Shown here piece by piece: positions 19,855 through 30,165 of a DNA stretch of 64,000 bases. How positions within the stretch are numbered: position 1 is the stretch's first letter; every line of letters begins with the position of its first letter. Source of the DNA: an uncultured bacterium (GTDB taxonomy: Bacteria; Verrucomicrobiota; Kiritimatiellia; PWTM01); assembly GCA_900661335.1 (NCBI GenBank), contig CAACVY010000003.1, forward strand, positions 99-64,098, read 5' to 3'. The notes under the pieces are model-generated. The model worked only from the letters and a program-made list of their open reading frames with translations, did not search any database and had not been told where the DNA came from. Position numbers and translations under genes: made by a program.

Positions 19855-21624
19855 TCAACGCTCTGGGATCGTTGTGGGACGCGGGGTGGAACGAGGTTCA
19901 TCGGCGTGCAGATCCGGAAAGCCGGAAAGGTTTTCAAACACCGCTAGGGTACACCATGAGCCGGTGGCGACGTTGAGAACCCTGAGCTCGTGAAGGCGAT
20001 ATCCGGAACGTTTCAACTGCTCGACTTCGGACCGGTAGTCCGACGTGGGACTACGCGTGGGCCGGCCGAGCCACTGGGCAATGCGCGCGCGAATCAAGTC
20101 ATCGAGATCGGTGCGCTCGGCGAGCATTAAGACCACGCGCGGCCCGGGCCTTCGCATGGCCACGCGCAGGGCATCCACGCTGCCCGGTTCTTGCCAGATG
20201 TGAGAGGTGTAGAAGACCACGCTGGGCTCCGTGTAGCGGTGCCACAAGCACTCCACGTGGGCCGGGAGGGGCCCGAGCAGAGAACGGAGCTTCGGGCCTG
20301 CCGCGTGTTCTCGGAGGGTGCGGGCGGCGAGACTCGTCCCAATTGCCAAGAGCAGGGTGCTGGCGGTCATCGCGACCGAGTTCGGCCGCGGGTACATCCG
20401 CGAGGCCCATAGCAGTCCTGTAGTGACAGCCAAGACAGCCCAGCCCAGCCGGCGCAGCGGGGCGAGCCACGGATCACGCGCGGCCAATCCCACAAACAGG
20501 ACACCGGCGACCCCAAGGGCTACGCCCAGACCCAAAACGGCAACGCGCCACCATCGGCCCCAGCGGGGCAGTTCGGACAGTTGGACCGGTGAGGAGAGCG
20601 CGGCGCCGCGTCCGAGCAGCAAGAAAAACGCCGGCATGCCGGGCAAGATGTAATGCGGCAACTGGGTCGAATAGAAGGAAAAAATCACGTAGGGAGCGGC
20701 CAGCCATGAGAGCAGAAAGGCGCTCAGTGACGTGGAGTCGCGTCGCACAACGCCCCACACGGCTCCGAGCCAGGCGATCCAAGGGAAGTAGCTAAACAGC
20801 GCGGTGGGGAGGTAGAAGAATGGGATGAAGCGGCGCCCATCGAAGGCTTCCAGACCTCGGCGCACGACGTGGTAGCCTATTCCGATCTTCAAGAATTGGC
20901 CTTCGGTTCTCCACAATGCCCACAGTCCCCACGGGGCGATAACTGCCAACGTGACCGCGATGCCGGCTGGAATGCGCAACCGCCGCCAGGGCAACGGGCG
21001 CCGGAGAAAGACCCAACGCCAAAGGAGTAGGCTCATCGCGGGCACCATCCACGCCACGGGCCCCTTGGCGAGAAAGCCGAACCCCAATGCAAGATAGAGC
21101 GTCCACCACGAGGTTAACCAGGACGGCGAGGATTCCGAGAGCAGGTCCCACAGGGCACCATGGGCGACGGCCACGCAAAGAACCATGGGCATGTCGGCGA
21201 CGGCGGCTCGGCCGTGGATCAAGATTTGGAGCGTGTACAGAAACGTCAAGCCAGTGGCCATGCCCGCGCTGACATCCCACCAGCGGGCGGCGCGACGGGC
21301 CAGCCAAATGGCTAGGAAGGTGGTCGAGAGGATCGAGTGGAGCCGGGCACCCAGTTCGTTCACGCCCAGCGCCAAGTAGCCTAGCCGCATGAGCCAGTAG
21401 GTGAGAATGGGCTTGTCGAACCGGTACTGTCCGTTGAAAAACGGGACGGTCCAGTCGCCACGTTCCATCATTTCCACGGTGGCGCGGGAGAACCGTGGTT
21501 CGTCCCGATCCAGCAAGGGGAGTGTTGCGCTGCCTGGCAGAAGTAACAGCATGGCCAGCAAGGCCAGCGCCGCCACGCCCATTTCCCGAACTCGTTCACG
21601 GTGGAGATTGCGCGTGTCCATCAC
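19855..21624 (-). CDS. ArnT/PMT-like (GT39/GT83) membrane glycosyltransferase with C-terminal soluble domain
   Basis: The first loop (LLDRDEPRFSRATVEMMERGDWTVPFFNGQYRFDKPILTYWLMR) carries the DxD/E motif typical of this family. It has more than 10 predicted TM segments. Confidence 0.75.
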   Translation of the reverse strand: MMDTRNLHRERVREMGVAALALLAMLLLLPGSATLPLLDRDEPRFSRATVEMMERGDWTVPFFNGQYRFDKPILTYWLMRLGYLALGVNELGARLHSILSTTFLAIWLARRAARWWDVSAGMATGLTFLYTLQILIHGRAAVADMPMVLCVAVAHGALWDLLSESSPSWLTSWWTLYLALGFGFLAKGPVAWMVPAMSLLLWRWVFLRRPLPWRRLRIPAGIAVTLAVIAPWGLWALWRTEGQFLKIGIGYHVVRRGLEAFDGRRFIPFFYLPTALFSYFPWIAWLGAVWGVVRRDSTSLSAFLLSWLAAPYVIFSFYSTQLPHYILPGMPAFFLLLGRGAALSSPVQLSELPRWGRWWRVAVLGLGVALGVAGVLFVGLAARDPWLAPLRRLGWAVLAVTTGLLWASRMYPRPNSVAMTASTLLLAIGTSLAARTLREHAAGPKLRSLLGPLPAHVECLWHRYTEPSVVFYTSHIWQEPGSVDALRVAMRRPGPRVVLMLAERTDLDDLIRARIAQWLGRPTRSPTSDYRSEVEQLKRSGYRLHELRVLNVATGSWCTLAVFENLSGFPDLHADEPRSTPRPTTIPER

Positions 21625-21880
21625 ATCCGAGTATCGGTGGAGCGACCGGGATGAACAAGCCGCGCGGGGACGGTCAACGCGGCCGGGCCAAGCGCTCGGG
21701 AATCCTTGCGCATGGGTGAGGCTAAGTCCGAAGCGGACCGGCAGCGGATCCCATACGCCCGAGCCGGGGGGGCCTGGACGCTTGATTTTGCGGCGAGGTC
21801 ACCGGATAATTTGGTACGCCTCGCCAGAAGTTGATCTCACTTCCATGGGTCTTCATTCCGGTGAGTAGGTTTTGCGAATC

Positions 21881-22771
21881 ATGGCACAGTGTTTGACACG
21901 ACAAAATTTGCGTGGGGTGTACACCGCGCTGGTCACGCCGTTTACGCGGGAAGGCGATGTAGATTTTCCGAGGTTGAAGGACTTAGTGGAGTGGCAGATC
22001 GCCTCGGGCGTGGCGGGGCTTGCTCCGGTGGGGACCACCGGCGAGTCGCCCACGCTTTCGATGTCCGAGCACAAAAAAGTGATCGACGCGGTTATCGAGT
22101 ATGCGGCGGGCCGAGTGCCGGTGTTGGCCGGCACTGGGGCCAATGCGACCAGCGAGGCGATCGAGCTGACGCTCCATGCCCGTGACGCGGGCGCGCAGGG
22201 GACGCTCCAGGTCACGCCCTACTACAACCGGCCCACCTCAGAGGGGCTGATCCGACACTTCGAAACCGTCGCAGAGTTGGGCTTGCCGGTGGTATTGTAC
22301 AACGTGCCAGGCCGCACAGGGCGCGAGATTCCGTTGGAGGTCGTGTACCGGTTGGCACGTCATCCGATGATCATCGGGATCAAGGAGGCGGCGGGGAATG
22401 TGGACCGCGTCAGCCACATCGTGCGAAACTGCGACTTGGCGGTGATGTCCGGCGACGATGCGCTGGCGCTGCCGATGATCAGCGTGGGGGCGGTGGGCGT
22501 GATTAGCGTGGCCTCGAATGTGATTCCTGAGGTGATGGCGCGCATGATCGAGCATGCACTTCGGGGGGAGATGGCCGAGGCTCGGGCGCTGCACCTGAAG
22601 TACCACGGGTTGTTCAGCGACCTGTTCATCGAAACCAACCCCATCCCCGTCAAAGCGGCATTGGCCATGATGGGCCGTTGCGAGGAGGCCTACCGGTTGC
22701 CGCTATGTTCGATGGCGGCGGCCAACCGCGCGCGATTGGAACAGACGTTGAAGAGCCTCGCGTTGGTTTGA
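21881..22771 (+). CDS. dapA: 4-hydroxy-tetrahydrodipicolinate synthase
   Basis: GVYTALVTPFT, PVGTTGESPTLS, YNVPGRTG and IIGIKEA (Schiff-base Lys). The ATG is at 21881; the ORF track starts at the TTG at 21872. Confidence 0.9.
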   Translation: MAQCLTRQNLRGVYTALVTPFTREGDVDFPRLKDLVEWQIASGVAGLAPVGTTGESPTLSMSEHKKVIDAVIEYAAGRVPVLAGTGANATSEAIELTLHARDAGAQGTLQVTPYYNRPTSEGLIRHFETVAELGLPVVLYNVPGRTGREIPLEVVYRLARHPMIIGIKEAAGNVDRVSHIVRNCDLAVMSGDDALALPMISVGAVGVISVASNVIPEVMARMIEHALRGEMAEARALHLKYHGLFSDLFIETNPIPVKAALAMMGRCEEAYRLPLCSMAAANRARLEQTLKSLALV

Positions 22772-22880
22772 CCGATCGGTTCGGGTGGACAATCCGGGCC
22801 GAGGCAGCTAGACTGTGCGGTCTTGCGAACGGCGCCGGGAGGCAACTCGGCGTTCAAAATTTCGGGAAGGCGGTGATGCC

Positions 22881-23075
22881 ATGCCCAAGATGAAGACACG
22901 AAAATCGGTGGCGAAACGGTTCAAGATTACGGCAACTGGCAAGATCCGGCGGACCCGCGCGGGCCGACGGCACCTGCTTTCGGGGAAATCCCGCAAGCGG
23001 AAGCGCAATTTGCGGCGCGCAGCGCTAGTGTCGCCCGCGGACTTCCGTCGCATTGCCCAGGCGTTCGCACGCTAG
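22881..23075 (+). CDS. rpmI: 50S ribosomal protein L35
   Basis: [24 protein letters not shown]... is the canonical L35 sequence. The ATG is at 22881. Confidence 0.92.
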   Translation: MPKMKTRKSVAKRFKITATGKIRRTRAGRRHLLSGKSRKRKRNLRRAALVSPADFRRIAQAFAR

Positions 23076-23102
23076 AACGGATTCAGAAGGAGGATTCTGT
23101 AC

Positions 23103-23456
23103 ATGCGCTCGACCAATGCTCCGGCATCCCGTCGTCGCCGAAAGCGGTTTTTGAAGGCTGCGGCCGGCTACTATGGCGCGCGGTCTCGGTTGTACCGCAC
23201 CGCCCGCGAGACCGTGGAGCGTTCGATGGCGATGGCCACGGCGCAACGCCGCGTGAAAAAGCGAGATTTTCGGCGGCTCTGGATTACGCGACTGTCCGCG
23301 GCGGCGCGACTGCGGGGGATGACCTATACGCGGTTGATTGAGGGCTTGACAAAGGCCGGGGTAGCGCTGAACCGAAAGATGCTCTCGGAAATCGCGATCC
23401 ACGACCCGGCCGGCTTTGACCAAATCGCAGAACTAGCCCGCGCCCACCTGGCCTGA
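23103..23456 (+). CDS. rplT: 50S ribosomal protein L20
   Basis: RRRRKRFLKAAAGYYGARSRLYRTA...RRDFRRLWITRLSAAAR is the canonical L20 sequence. It lies immediately after rpmI. Confidence 0.92.
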   Translation: MRSTNAPASRRRRKRFLKAAAGYYGARSRLYRTARETVERSMAMATAQRRVKKRDFRRLWITRLSAAARLRGMTYTRLIEGLTKAGVALNRKMLSEIAIHDPAGFDQIAELARAHLA

Positions 23457-23504
23457 CCCGTCCGCTTGCAGCCGGCCCGACTCTGTCAGTAGCATGGAGT
23501 GCGG

Positions 23505-23587
23505 GCCCGGGTGGCGGAATGGCAGACGCAACGGACTTAAAATCCGTTTCCGTTTTCGGAGTGCGGGTTCGAGTCCCGCCCCGGGCA
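23505..23587 (+). tRNA. tRNA-Leu (anticodon UAA), class II with long variable arm
   Basis: Acceptor stem GCCCGGG / CCCGGGC with discriminator A. The anticodon loop is CTTAAAA. The T-arm is GCGGGTTCGAGTCCCGC and the variable arm is TTCCGTTTTCGGAGT. CCA is not encoded. Confidence 0.85.
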
Positions 23588-23975
23588 CGCCCGTGGGCGC
23601 TTCTGATCCTCTGCGACTGGGTTTCGCCGTCCGCAGTGACTCGTCTCGACCCCCATGACTTCTCCGCCGCGTGTGGAAACCGCGGCGAGTTCGATGCAAG
23701 GTGCCCGAGCCAATGGCGGCATCTACGTGAGTGGGACGAATGCGTCGAACAGTTGCGCCGCTCGGTCGCCGGCTACCACTTGCGAAAAATCGGTGGAGGG
23801 TCGTAGTCACGGGTCGCTCGGCCCGAGCGTCGGTTGGCCAACGAGGTAGCCTCGGTGAAGTGGCGTGCCGGTTGGCCTGGAAAATTGCGGGATTGAACTA
23901 CCGCGTCCGCCGGGCAGGATCCGCTCGTGAAGTCTGGGTGGCGCTGAGGCGATCGCGAGGATTACGCAAGTTTGG

Positions 23976-25694
23976 CTAGCGCGGTTTCGGCTCGGGATGT
24001 GCCTGCCACGTGTTCCAAAGCATCTCCACGATCACCCACAGCGCGAGTACGAGGATCGTCAGTGAGAGGGTGCCAACGAACCGGCTGCCGCCCCTGACCA
24101 AATGGTGCCAAGATAACTGTAGCAGGGCGGTGGTGGTGGTCACCACCATGAAGGTCATCGGAATCGCTACAAACGCGGCACGGCGTCGTTGAGATCGTAG
24201 CCAGGCGAACACGACCACCAGCGCCAGGGCGGCCAACAGTTGGTTGGAGGCGCCGAAGGCCGGCCAGATGACTTTCCACGCGGGCATCATGACCCCGTTG
24301 GGGCCGGGGAGCTCTCGGAAGACCATGAAAGCCGGAACCACGAGGACCGCCAGGCTGGCCGTGAGCCGGCTGGCGGTAGTCCCGCGCCACTGGGTGAGTT
24401 CTTCGAAAAGGAACCGCGCTAGGCGCGTACAAGTATCCAACGTAGTGAGGAGGAAGGTGCTCACGGCCATCATGCTAAAGACTCGGGCCGCTTCGGGCGG
24501 AAGTCCGACCGCACTCAACAGGCGGCCCAGTCCGCCGGCAAAAACCTGGACCGGTGTCGCATCTGTACGCTCCTTGAGCAGCATCACCGTCATGACCGCC
24601 AGCACCGCCAACACTCCTTCCACGAGCATGGAGCCATAGCCGACCGGTTGCGCCGAGCTTTCGCGGTCCAGCTGCTTGGCGGTCGTGCCTGAAGCCACGA
24701 TCGAGTGAAATCCGGACACTGCGCCACACGCGATGGTGACGAACAACGCTGGGAACACAAAGCCCAAGCCGGCGTCGTGATTGAACAAAGGGCGCACCGC
24801 AGGCCAGGAGACCGTGGCCATCCCGCGCACACTCGCACCGAGCACGCCGACGACCCCGCCCAAAAGGCATCCGTAGAGAAGGAATGAAGCGAGGTAGTCG
24901 CGCGGCTGAAGCAAGAGCCACACGGGCAAGACGGATGCGCCCCAACAGTAGATGAGCAGGGCCACATTCCAGAAGTGCTTCTGCGAGCCGAACACCTCCG
25001 GCACTAGATCTGCGGTCAGCGGCCATCGCAGACCGATGAGCACCGCGGCGAATACAAGCGGGACGAACACGAGAGTCAGAGGCCCGACCCGGAATCTAGC
25101 TCGGTAGTGAGCCAACCCGAATAGCACGGCGAGCAGCATGTAGAGCAACGAGGCCGTGGCCACGGCTCCGCCCTCGCGAACACTCAGGCGCGCCGCGTCG
25201 GGGAGGTCCGGGCCCACCTTGGCGATCGGTGCGAACGTCGAAGAGGTCAGGTCGAGGAACACGATGATCACGTAGATCATCGTCAGCAAGATGAACAGGA
25301 GAAATGCTCGGTAGGCGGCCCAGGACAACTGATGACGACTAATCTCCGCGATCGATCTGGAGCCATGGCGCACGCTGGCTAGCAACGACGTGAAGTCGTG
25401 CACTCCGCCTACGAAGATCGCCCCGAGAAGGATCCACGCCAAGGCCGGCATCCAGCCGAAGGCCATGGCGGCGATCACCGGTCCGACAATCGGCCCCGCT
25501 CCCGCAATGGAGCTGAAGTGGTGGCCGAACAGGATCAATGGCCGTGTGGGAACGTAATCCACCCCATCGTAGTGGGTGAACGACGGGACGGGATGGGTGT
25601 CATCCACATCCAGATGCCGGGCGATCCACCCCGCGTAAAAACAATAGGCCGCGCCGAACGCTAGAACCATCAGCGCTAGAATCGCGATGTACAT
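23976..25694 (-). CDS. cstA: carbon starvation protein A (peptide/pyruvate transporter family)
   Basis: LFGHHFSSIAGAGPIVGPVIAA is the CstA signature. The protein is 572 aa and polytopic. Confidence 0.88.
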   Translation of the reverse strand: MYIAILALMVLAFGAAYCFYAGWIARHLDVDDTHPVPSFTHYDGVDYVPTRPLILFGHHFSSIAGAGPIVGPVIAAMAFGWMPALAWILLGAIFVGGVHDFTSLLASVRHGSRSIAEISRHQLSWAAYRAFLLFILLTMIYVIIVFLDLTSSTFAPIAKVGPDLPDAARLSVREGGAVATASLLYMLLAVLFGLAHYRARFRVGPLTLVFVPLVFAAVLIGLRWPLTADLVPEVFGSQKHFWNVALLIYCWGASVLPVWLLLQPRDYLASFLLYGCLLGGVVGVLGASVRGMATVSWPAVRPLFNHDAGLGFVFPALFVTIACGAVSGFHSIVASGTTAKQLDRESSAQPVGYGSMLVEGVLAVLAVMTVMLLKERTDATPVQVFAGGLGRLLSAVGLPPEAARVFSMMAVSTFLLTTLDTCTRLARFLFEELTQWRGTTASRLTASLAVLVVPAFMVFRELPGPNGVMMPAWKVIWPAFGASNQLLAALALVVVFAWLRSQRRRAAFVAIPMTFMVVTTTTALLQLSWHHLVRGGSRFVGTLSLTILVLALWVIVEMLWNTWQAHPEPKPR

Positions 25695-27881
25695 ACCGCT
25701 ACACTACTACGTTCGCGGGTCACTTCCAATCCTGGAGCTGCGGCACGAAGGGTCGGCGGCGCGAACGGAATCGCGGCTGCAACAGAGAACGCTCGGTCCG
25801 GACAAGTGAGCAGATGAGCCCAGGCTTGGCCGGCAGGTTGGCGGACTGCCTCTTGGTGATGACGCCGCGATCATTTTCGGGATCGTACGCGTTCGGGTCG
25901 CCATTTTGATCGGCGGCGCAGCAGGCTGGAACTGGGTGCGGTCCATTTGGGCGGCGAGTAGCGTGGTGACAACACAGACTTGGTTAGGCAGGCTTTGTCC
26001 GTTGACAGTTTGGGTTGACCCATTGCGGCAATGGATGGATCGACCGGGCTATCCGGGCGGTTTTATTGCGTAGTGGCTCCACCGGCTCGTCTACGTAGAG
26101 GCGCCTCCGGTTGTAGACTTCATGATCTGCACACTGTTCGGGATGCTGGTGGTGGCCGCGGGGTGGATTGTGCCGCCGCGCATTCGACGCGTCAGGCGCG
26201 ATGGACATTGGCTGCGGCAAGGCCTCGCCAGGGACCTCGTGGTCGAACGTTAAGTGCGATCAAGGCGTGGAAGCCGCGTAGAAACCCACACTGTCGCTTT
26301 CGTGATCCACGATCCTTGAAATGGTGGGGCACGGTTCACTGCGCGAGGGACACTCTCACTCGGAACGAACCTCGGGCAGTGCCCGCCGCATGATCACGTG
26401 AACGAGGATGGGGAGTGGGTGGCGGCGGACTCAGAGAAGTTCATCCCTGTGTCACTGCAGAAACAAGAGCGCCGGGAGGACGGATCCGGCATCGAGCGTA
26501 TTGGCGCCCGGGGCCGTTGTGGCGGGATATCGGGTGGGTGAAGAACAACGAGGATCACGATTCTGAAGAATTACCCTCCGCGTGGCAGGGAGCCCGCCCA
26601 CCCGAAAACAAGCGATACTACCGCCTTGTCACGCAGGTTCGGTTCTAATTTTCGCGATGACCTCGCCGGCTGCGCCAGTGCGATACGGTTTCATCTCGTC
26701 ATGGCCGCGCTCTCCTATACTTAACCAAGAAAGAGTCCATATTTGAGAATTTCCGCGGACACTTGACCCGCCGTCCATGCACAGGCCTGCCAAAAGCCAG
26801 AGCAGGGAGTCGCCTAGCCCAACACCGTGCATTCGAAATCCCCTGCAACCCATTGCGGCTCAATGTGTTCAGCGAACTTTTCAGTAGTGTCTGGCACCAC
26901 TGGCAGCACCACTGGCAGCCCACCGGCACCACCGACGTCGAGTGCAGGCGATGGGATCTGCCGAGGTGACGGGTCCTTGGGGGGTCTCGTGGATATGCCG
27001 TCCAAGCTTCTTTGGAAAGCTGCACCCCTCGTTCGTCCAAGGCTTGGAACCGCACCAAAGCATATCATCCAAACCCTGGAACGAGCCACGGTCTCGCTGC
27101 CCAAATCTTGCATACAAAAGCCCTGGGTCATCCGCCTCTTGGAAGAATCGAAGCTGAATTTTCCAGAGATCCGACGGGACTTCGGACCGTGACGCTGGCA
27201 ACCCGCTAGAGCAGGTGAATACCGGGTTACGAGTTATTACCACGAGAACGCGGCGTGCTCTCGATCCCAACCGCCGAGGCTTCCTCGCGGACGCATAGGC
27301 GGGTCCCATACCACCGGCGGCGCTAGCACAGGGACACCCCGACACCGGCAAGGCTCTGCCTTAACGTTGTCGCAGTCTCTACCGCGACGGTTGCAGACCG
27401 TGCCCATCCTCGGGAGTTCCGCGTGACATGCGAGCAGCCTACCGCCTTGCGCCGGGTCCTCCGCCCCCGCCCTTGCGATTTTTTGTGCCCGGTCTACCGG
27501 CGCGATAGCGGTCATCTTCTCATCGCGGTGGTCTCTTCCTGCCGAAGCAAAGGACGTGCCCACGAGAATTTCCGCACATGGTGTGGGCGAATATTCCGCC
27601 CCGGGCTCATGTGGAGAAGAGCGGAGATCAAGCGCCTCGGGCATCGGAACCCCCGAACCGTTCGGTGTGGCGTGCGTCTTGGCCCATGTTGGGTAGGTGG
27701 CGCGACCGTCGCGTCTTTTTGCGCCGATGACCCGGCGACAGTGCGATGGAACCACAGGATGCACAGGTGGCCATATCGCCGCGTCATTTCGCGCCCGGCC
27801 CGGTGGCGAAACCGGTTCGGTCCGTCGACTGTCAAATTTGCACGGCTGGGGTGGGGCGTCTACGATGAAATACCTTGACGC

Positions 27882-30095
27882 ATGGAGACTAATCGACCGA
27901 TCAAAACCATTTTGTTCGTCTGCACCGGCAATTCCTGTCGCAGTCCGATGGCGGCGGAGTTGTTCCGGTTGCGCGCGGGTCCGCAAGCCCCATGGCAGGC
28001 GAGTTCGGCCGGTTTGGCGGCGTTGGACGGCGCACCAGCGACCCCGGAGAGCGTCGAGGTCATTCGTGAGGTTGGAGGTGACCTGTCCGCGCACCGTGCG
28101 CGAAGAGTCACGAGGGAGATGGTGGAGTCGGCGGATTGGATCATCACATTCACCGCGAGTCAGGCTCGAGAGCTGCGACACATGGTGCCGGCCGCCGCGC
28201 CCCGCATCCGAACATTGGGCGAGTTTCGCTTGCGCGGCGCCGAGGGCGATATTCCTGACCCGATCGGCCAGTCTATCGAGGTGTACCGAGCGACTCGGGA
28301 TGCGATCGATTCCGCGATCGCCGACCTGTTGGTGGTGTTGTACGAACAAGATTCCAAAGCGCGGACCGAGAGCGCCTCGGCGTGGGCGTCGTCCGCCGCA
28401 GGAGGTTCGAGGACGATGAGAGTGGCAGTTGGGTGTGACCACGGCGGTTGGAAATTGAAACAGCAAGTGTTGGCGTGGTTGCGCGAGCACGGCATCGAGG
28501 CCGTGGACGTCGGGCCAGCAGCGGAGGAGCCGGTGGACTACCCGGACTTCGCGGCGGAAGTTGCGCGACGCGTGGAGCGCGGGGAAGTGGAACACGGGGT
28601 TGTCATTTGCACGACGGGGATCGGGGTGAGCATTACCGCCAATAAGTTTCCGGGGGTTCGGGCCGCGCTCTGCCTGTCTCCGTACATGGCCGAGATGGCA
28701 CGGCGCCATAACAACGCAAACGTTCTCGCGCTGGGCGGTAAAACGACGGATGTCCATACCCTTCCTGCCTTGCTCGAGGCATGGTTCTCTGCGCAGTTCG
28801 AAGGTGGCCGGCACGAGCGACGGGTGAACAAGATTGGGGCGATCGAAGCCGAGGAATCGGAGTTGGCCACCGTGACGCGCATGGATCCTGAAGTGGCCGA
28901 CGCGCTCCGAGCGGAATGGCGACGGCAGCGTGAGAACTTGGAGCTGATTGCGTCAGAAAACTACGTAAGCCGGGCCGTGCGCGAAGCCGTCGGGTCTGTC
29001 CTCACCAACAAGTACGCCGAGGGCTACCCTGGGCGCCGTTGGTACGGTGGGTGCGAATATGTGGACGTCGTCGAGCGGTTAGCGATCGAGCGGGCGCGGG
29101 CGTTGTTTGGAGCGGAACACGCCAACGTGCAGCCGCATTCGGGCAGTACGGCCAACATGGCGGTGTACTTCGCCTTGCTCCAGCCCGGCGACACCGTGAT
29201 GGGCATGAGTCTGGCCGAGGGGGGTCACCTTACCCACGGGCACCCCATGAACTTCTCTGGGCGGTTTTTCCGGATCGTGCCGTACGGGGTGCGGCGAGAT
29301 ACTGAGCAAATCGATTACGATGAGCTTGAGCGAAAGGCGCAAGAAGTCCGCCCGCGCATGATCATGGCTGGGGCGAGCGCCTATCCTCGCGTGATTGATT
29401 TTCAGCGTTTGCGTCGGATCGCGGATTCCGTCGGCGCGTACCTGGTCGTGGACATGGCGCACATTGCCGGGTTGGTGGCGGCGGGCGTTCACCCAAGCCC
29501 AGTCCCATGGGCCGATGTGGTCACCACCACCACCCATAAAACGTTGCGAGGTCCTCGCTCCGGGATGATTCTCTGCCGGGCCAAGTTTGCCGAGCTAATT
29601 GACAAACAATGTTTCCCGGGCATTCAGGGTGGGCCGCTCATGCACGTGATCGCGGGCAAAGCCGTGTGCTTGCGCGAGGCCACCACGAGCGAGTTCCGCC
29701 AGTACGCGCAGCAAATCGTGCGCAACGCGCAGGTGTTAGCCACACGCTTGGCGGAGGGTGGGCTGCGCATTGTGTCGGGTGGGACCGACAACCACCTGTT
29801 GCTGGCCGACGTCACCGGATTCGGATTGACAGGCAAAGAGGCAGCCGCGGCCCTGGATCGCGCGGGCATCACCGTGAACAAGAACACCATCCCATTCGAC
29901 ACGCGTTCGCCGTTTGTGACGTCCGGCATCCGCATCGGCACGCCGGCGGTCACGACTCGCGGCATGAAGGAGCCGGAGATGGAGGTGATCGCGGACTGCA
30001 TCCTCCAGGTACTACGACACCCGTCGGATGAAGCCGTCCTCACCCTTGTGCGCGAGCGGGTGCGAGAACTGACGTCACGGTTTCCGGTGCCGTGA
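27882..30095 (+). CDS. glyA: single-ORF fusion of a low-molecular-weight protein phosphatase, ribose-5-phosphate isomerase B and serine hydroxymethyltransferase
   Basis: Residues 1-150 carry the CX5R(S) loop VCTGNSCRS and DIPDP. Residues 179-318 match RpiB ([35 protein letters not shown]). Residues 334-737 match SHMT ([31 protein letters not shown]). There is no stop codon between the modules. The internal ATGs are at 28416 (preceded by GGAGG) and 28881. Confidence 0.85.
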   Translation: METNRPIKTILFVCTGNSCRSPMAAELFRLRAGPQAPWQASSAGLAALDGAPATPESVEVIREVGGDLSAHRARRVTREMVESADWIITFTASQARELRHMVPAAAPRIRTLGEFRLRGAEGDIPDPIGQSIEVYRATRDAIDSAIADLLVVLYEQDSKARTESASAWASSAAGGSRTMRVAVGCDHGGWKLKQQVLAWLREHGIEAVDVGPAAEEPVDYPDFAAEVARRVERGEVEHGVVICTTGIGVSITANKFPGVRAALCLSPYMAEMARRHNNANVLALGGKTTDVHTLPALLEAWFSAQFEGGRHERRVNKIGAIEAEESELATVTRMDPEVADALRAEWRRQRENLELIASENYVSRAVREAVGSVLTNKYAEGYPGRRWYGGCEYVDVVERLAIERARALFGAEHANVQPHSGSTANMAVYFALLQPGDTVMGMSLAEGGHLTHGHPMNFSGRFFRIVPYGVRRDTEQIDYDELERKAQEVRPRMIMAGASAYPRVIDFQRLRRIADSVGAYLVVDMAHIAGLVAAGVHPSPVPWADVVTTTTHKTLRGPRSGMILCRAKFAELIDKQCFPGIQGGPLMHVIAGKAVCLREATTSEFRQYAQQIVRNAQVLATRLAEGGLRIVSGGTDNHLLLADVTGFGLTGKEAAAALDRAGITVNKNTIPFDTRSPFVTSGIRIGTPAVTTRGMKEPEMEVIADCILQVLRHPSDEAVLTLVRERVRELTSRFPVP

Positions 30096-30165
30096 ACCAG
30101 GGTCAGGTTCGGAGACCTGTCTCGCGCCCACGCATTCAGGAAAGGCGGTGTTGGAGGAAGACCCG

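Noticed and set aside
23588-23975. The region downstream of tRNA-Leu and cstA, checked for an integrase or att site and for a ybdD/DUF466-type small gene that often follows cstA.
   Set aside because: No integrase-like ORF was found, and no direct repeat of the tRNA 3' end was noticed. No frame encodes a PDYD...HP...CC-type peptide.
26895-26918. A 12-nt tandem duplication CACCACTGGCAG x2, and a similar 13-nt duplication CGACCCGACTGGN x2 at 18718-18743.
   Set aside because: Two copies are too short to call a repeat family or a CRISPR array. They are probably slippage events.
27575-27725. A possible ZTP/pfl-type riboswitch plus terminator upstream of the glyA-containing fusion (CGCCTCGGGCA at about 27632 and CGCGA-CCG-TCGCG-TCTTTTT at about 27702).
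   Set aside because: The 3' element has an extra base compared with CCGCCTGGGC. No GACTGGCG 5' subdomain is present, and the hairpin has only 5 bp with a 3-nt loop.
27838-27866. A sigma70-like TTGCAC-N17-TACGAT upstream of the fusion ORF.
   Set aside because: It would leave a leader of only about 10-15 nt with no Shine-Dalgarno sequence. Promoter consensus in this lineage is unknown, so the call cannot be supported from sequence alone.
27237-28814. A 525-aa minus-strand ORF.
   Set aside because: It is antisense to the PTP-RpiB-SHMT ORF and runs into the gene-poor gap. It is Arg/Pro-rich and has no recognisable motif.
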